A stretch of DNA of 64,000 bases from positions 1,184,001-1,248,000 of the forward strand of contig OZ223269.1 of the NCBI GenBank assembly GCA_965140585.1, read 5' to 3'. Positions within the stretch are counted from its first letter, which is position 1. Every line of letters starts with the position of its first letter. The stretch is from Spirochaetia bacterium (GTDB taxonomy: Bacteria > Spirochaetota > Spirochaetia > UBA9216). Under the pieces are notes generated by a model. It did no database searches and was not told the origin of the DNA. It saw only the letters and a program-made list of their open reading frames with translations. Shown piece by piece: positions 62,379-64,000 of this stretch. The translations under genes and the position numbers were made by a program.

Positions 62379-63123
62379 ACTCAGGAATTAAAGTTTTATA
62401 TGCTATACCTGCAGCCTGCTGTTCAGCTTCTTTTTTATTCTTTCCCTTTCCGGGTCCGTATGCAGTACCTTTAACCTTAACTTCAATCCAGAAGGTTCTG
62501 TCATGATCAGGCCCTGTCTTTTTGACCAGGTTATATCTGGGATAACTTTTGTAATTTTTCTGAACGTATTCCTGTAGAAGTGTTTTGTAGTCTTTTCTGT
62601 GCTTATTTTCTATTACCTTATTAATTTCGGGAATAAGGTATTTAAGAATAAAATTCTGAACACTTTTAAATCCGGAATCAAGATAGTAGGCGCCAATTAT
62701 TGCTTCCATGCAGTCAGCAAGAATGGCTTTTTTTGATCGGCCGCCTGAATATTCCTCGCCTTTTCCAATGAGTATGAAATTATCAACCTTTATATTCTTG
62801 GCGATTCCTGCAAGACTGTCTTCGCTCACAACAAAGGATTTAATCCTGGCGAGATCACCTTCCGGTTTGTCAGCCATGATACGGAAAAGATAATCACTTA
62901 CAACCATACCGAGTACACTGTCACCAAGGAATTCGAGTTTTTCGTTATTATCTATATCTGAACTGTTTTCGTTTGAAAACGAACGGTGGGAGAAGGCAAG
63001 GTTCAGGAAGTCTAATTTCCTGAACCTTATCCCTGCGTGCTTCTCAAATAACTGCAGCTCTTTCTTTCTTTCAGGATCAACCGATGGAGTTTTGAGCGCA
63101 GGCAGTTTAGGTAAAAGAACCAC
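62362..63123 (-). CDS. rnc: Ribonuclease III
   Basis: NEKLEFLGDSVL, ADCMEAIIGA; dsRBD DYKTLLQE..KKEAEQQAA. Confidence 0.98.
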   Translation of the reverse strand: MVLLPKLPALKTPSVDPERKKELQLFEKHAGIRFRKLDFLNLAFSHRSFSNENSSDIDNNEKLEFLGDSVLGMVVSDYLFRIMADKPEGDLARIKSFVVSEDSLAGIAKNIKVDNFILIGKGEEYSGGRSKKAILADCMEAIIGAYYLDSGFKSVQNFILKYLIPEINKVIENKHRKDYKTLLQEYVQKNYKSYPRYNLVKKTGPDHDRTFWIEVKVKGTAYGPGKGKNKKEAEQQAAGIAYKTLIPEFIEED

Positions 63124-63136
63124 GACGAAATAATTC

Positions 63137-63373
63137 TTAGCTCTGTGCTGATTTGATAAAGTTTACCGCATCGCCAACAGTTTCAAACTCGTTAGCTTTC
63201 TCGTCAGGGATAGTGATTCCCATTTCTTCTTCGATTGCATAAACCAGCTCGTAAGTGTCAAGACTGTCAGCGCCAAGATCCTGTCTGAATGATGCTTCAG
63301 GAGTGATCTTGTCTTCTTCAACCTCAAGCTTTTCAGCAATAAGCTTCTTTATTTTTTCAAAAAGCTCGTCCAT
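63137..63373 (-). CDS. acpP: Acyl carrier protein
   Basis: DLGADSLD phosphopantetheine site. Confidence 0.97.
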   Translation of the reverse strand: MDELFEKIKKLIAEKLEVEEDKITPEASFRQDLGADSLDTYELVYAIEEEMGITIPDEKANEFETVGDAVNFIKSAQS

Positions 63374-63393
63374 TCTTTGCTCCTTCTTAGGCT

Positions 63394-63582
63394 TTACGCC
63401 ATTTCTTCAAGCTCAATAACCTGTTTTCCACGGTAAAAGCCGCATTTTGAGCATACCCTGTGGGGCAGGATCAAGTTGCCGCAGCTACCGCACTCAACCA
63501 GATTACTAGCGTTTAGCTTGTTATTGATAGACCTTCTTCTCCGGCTTCTGGCCTTTGAAGTTTTATATTTTGGTACTGCCAT
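63394..63582 (-). CDS. rpmF: 50S ribosomal protein L32
   Basis: MAVPK..SK; C..CG...PHRVC..CG.Y.G. Confidence 0.98.
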   Translation of the reverse strand: MAVPKYKTSKARSRRRRSINNKLNASNLVECGSCGNLILPHRVCSKCGFYRGKQVIELEEMA

Positions 63583-63616
63583 TATTAATGCCTCTCATAC
63601 AACTTATAGTTAACAG

Positions 63617-63645
63617 ACCATACAGTATAGAATTACAATTGTCAA
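63617..63645 (-). promoter_or_regulatory. sigma70 promoter for rpmF-acpP-rnc
   Basis: Minus strand TTGACA-17 nt-TATGGT. Confidence 0.6.
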
Positions 63646-63681
63646 GCACCCCATAATGCAAAGTCTTTTTATAAATAATAC

Positions 63682-63999
63682 CTACTCAGGGTATTTAAAT
63701 TTACTCTTTAAACCTGCTTCTACGCAATCGGGAACCATGCCGGAGACACTCCCATGCATTCTGGCAATTTCCTTAACACTTGATGACCTGGTTACGAAAA
63801 ATTCAGGATCTGTGGGCATAAAAAGTATCTCTATATCAGGATTCAGAGTTTTATTAGTCATAGCAAGTTCAAACTCATACCCGAAATCAGTTAAAGCCCT
63901 TACACCCCTGATCATCACATGGGAGCCGACCTTCTTTGCGTAATCAACCATCAGCATATCTGTTACCGCAACATTGACATTTCCGATATCCTGCGTGAT
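63682..63999 (-). CDS. coaD: Phosphopantetheine adenylyltransferase, 3' part (runs off the window end)
   Basis: IRGVR..TDFGYE..A..N..L; SSSVKEIA..G; upstream of rpmF. Confidence 0.93.
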   Translation of the reverse strand: MTQDIGNVNVAVTDMLMVDYAKKVGSHVMIRGVRALTDFGYEFELAMTNKTLNPDIEILFMPTDPEFFVTRSSSVKEIARMHGSVSGMVPDCVEAGLKSKFKYPE

Positions 64000-64000
64000 C

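Overview
This is mostly core chromosome from a low-GC (roughly 38%, judged by eye) spirochaete, probably a free-living Spirochaetales member. Support: FlaB-type flagellin, ~900-aa GreA, and the spirochaete-style gene orders rpsO-pnp-dut-lptF-lptG and mltG-dnaG-rpoD-Zn-ribbon-rnpB-TPR-mreBCD-mrdA-rodA. I found about 55 CDSs, RNase P RNA, two tRNAs (Tyr-GTA and Thr-TGT, neither with encoded CCA), several intrinsic terminators, and an ECF sigma pseudogene missed by the ORF track. I saw no IS element, prophage or CRISPR array. Genes left of ~31.3 kb are mostly on + and genes right of it mostly on -. They converge on an AT-rich gap containing a dif-like 11-6-11 site (31303-31330), where local GC skew flips, so the window probably spans the replication terminus. 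The best candidate for an under-described system is a 1411-aa protein (putative FadL/PorV-like barrel + 8 FlgD-Ig/T9SS type-B-CTD-like repeats + OmpA_C domain). It lies directly upstream of mltG in a ~21-kb co-oriented run ending in the elongasome genes and a radical SAM fusion. Several housekeeping genes also look leaderless. All calls come from motif recognition only; no database searches were run.
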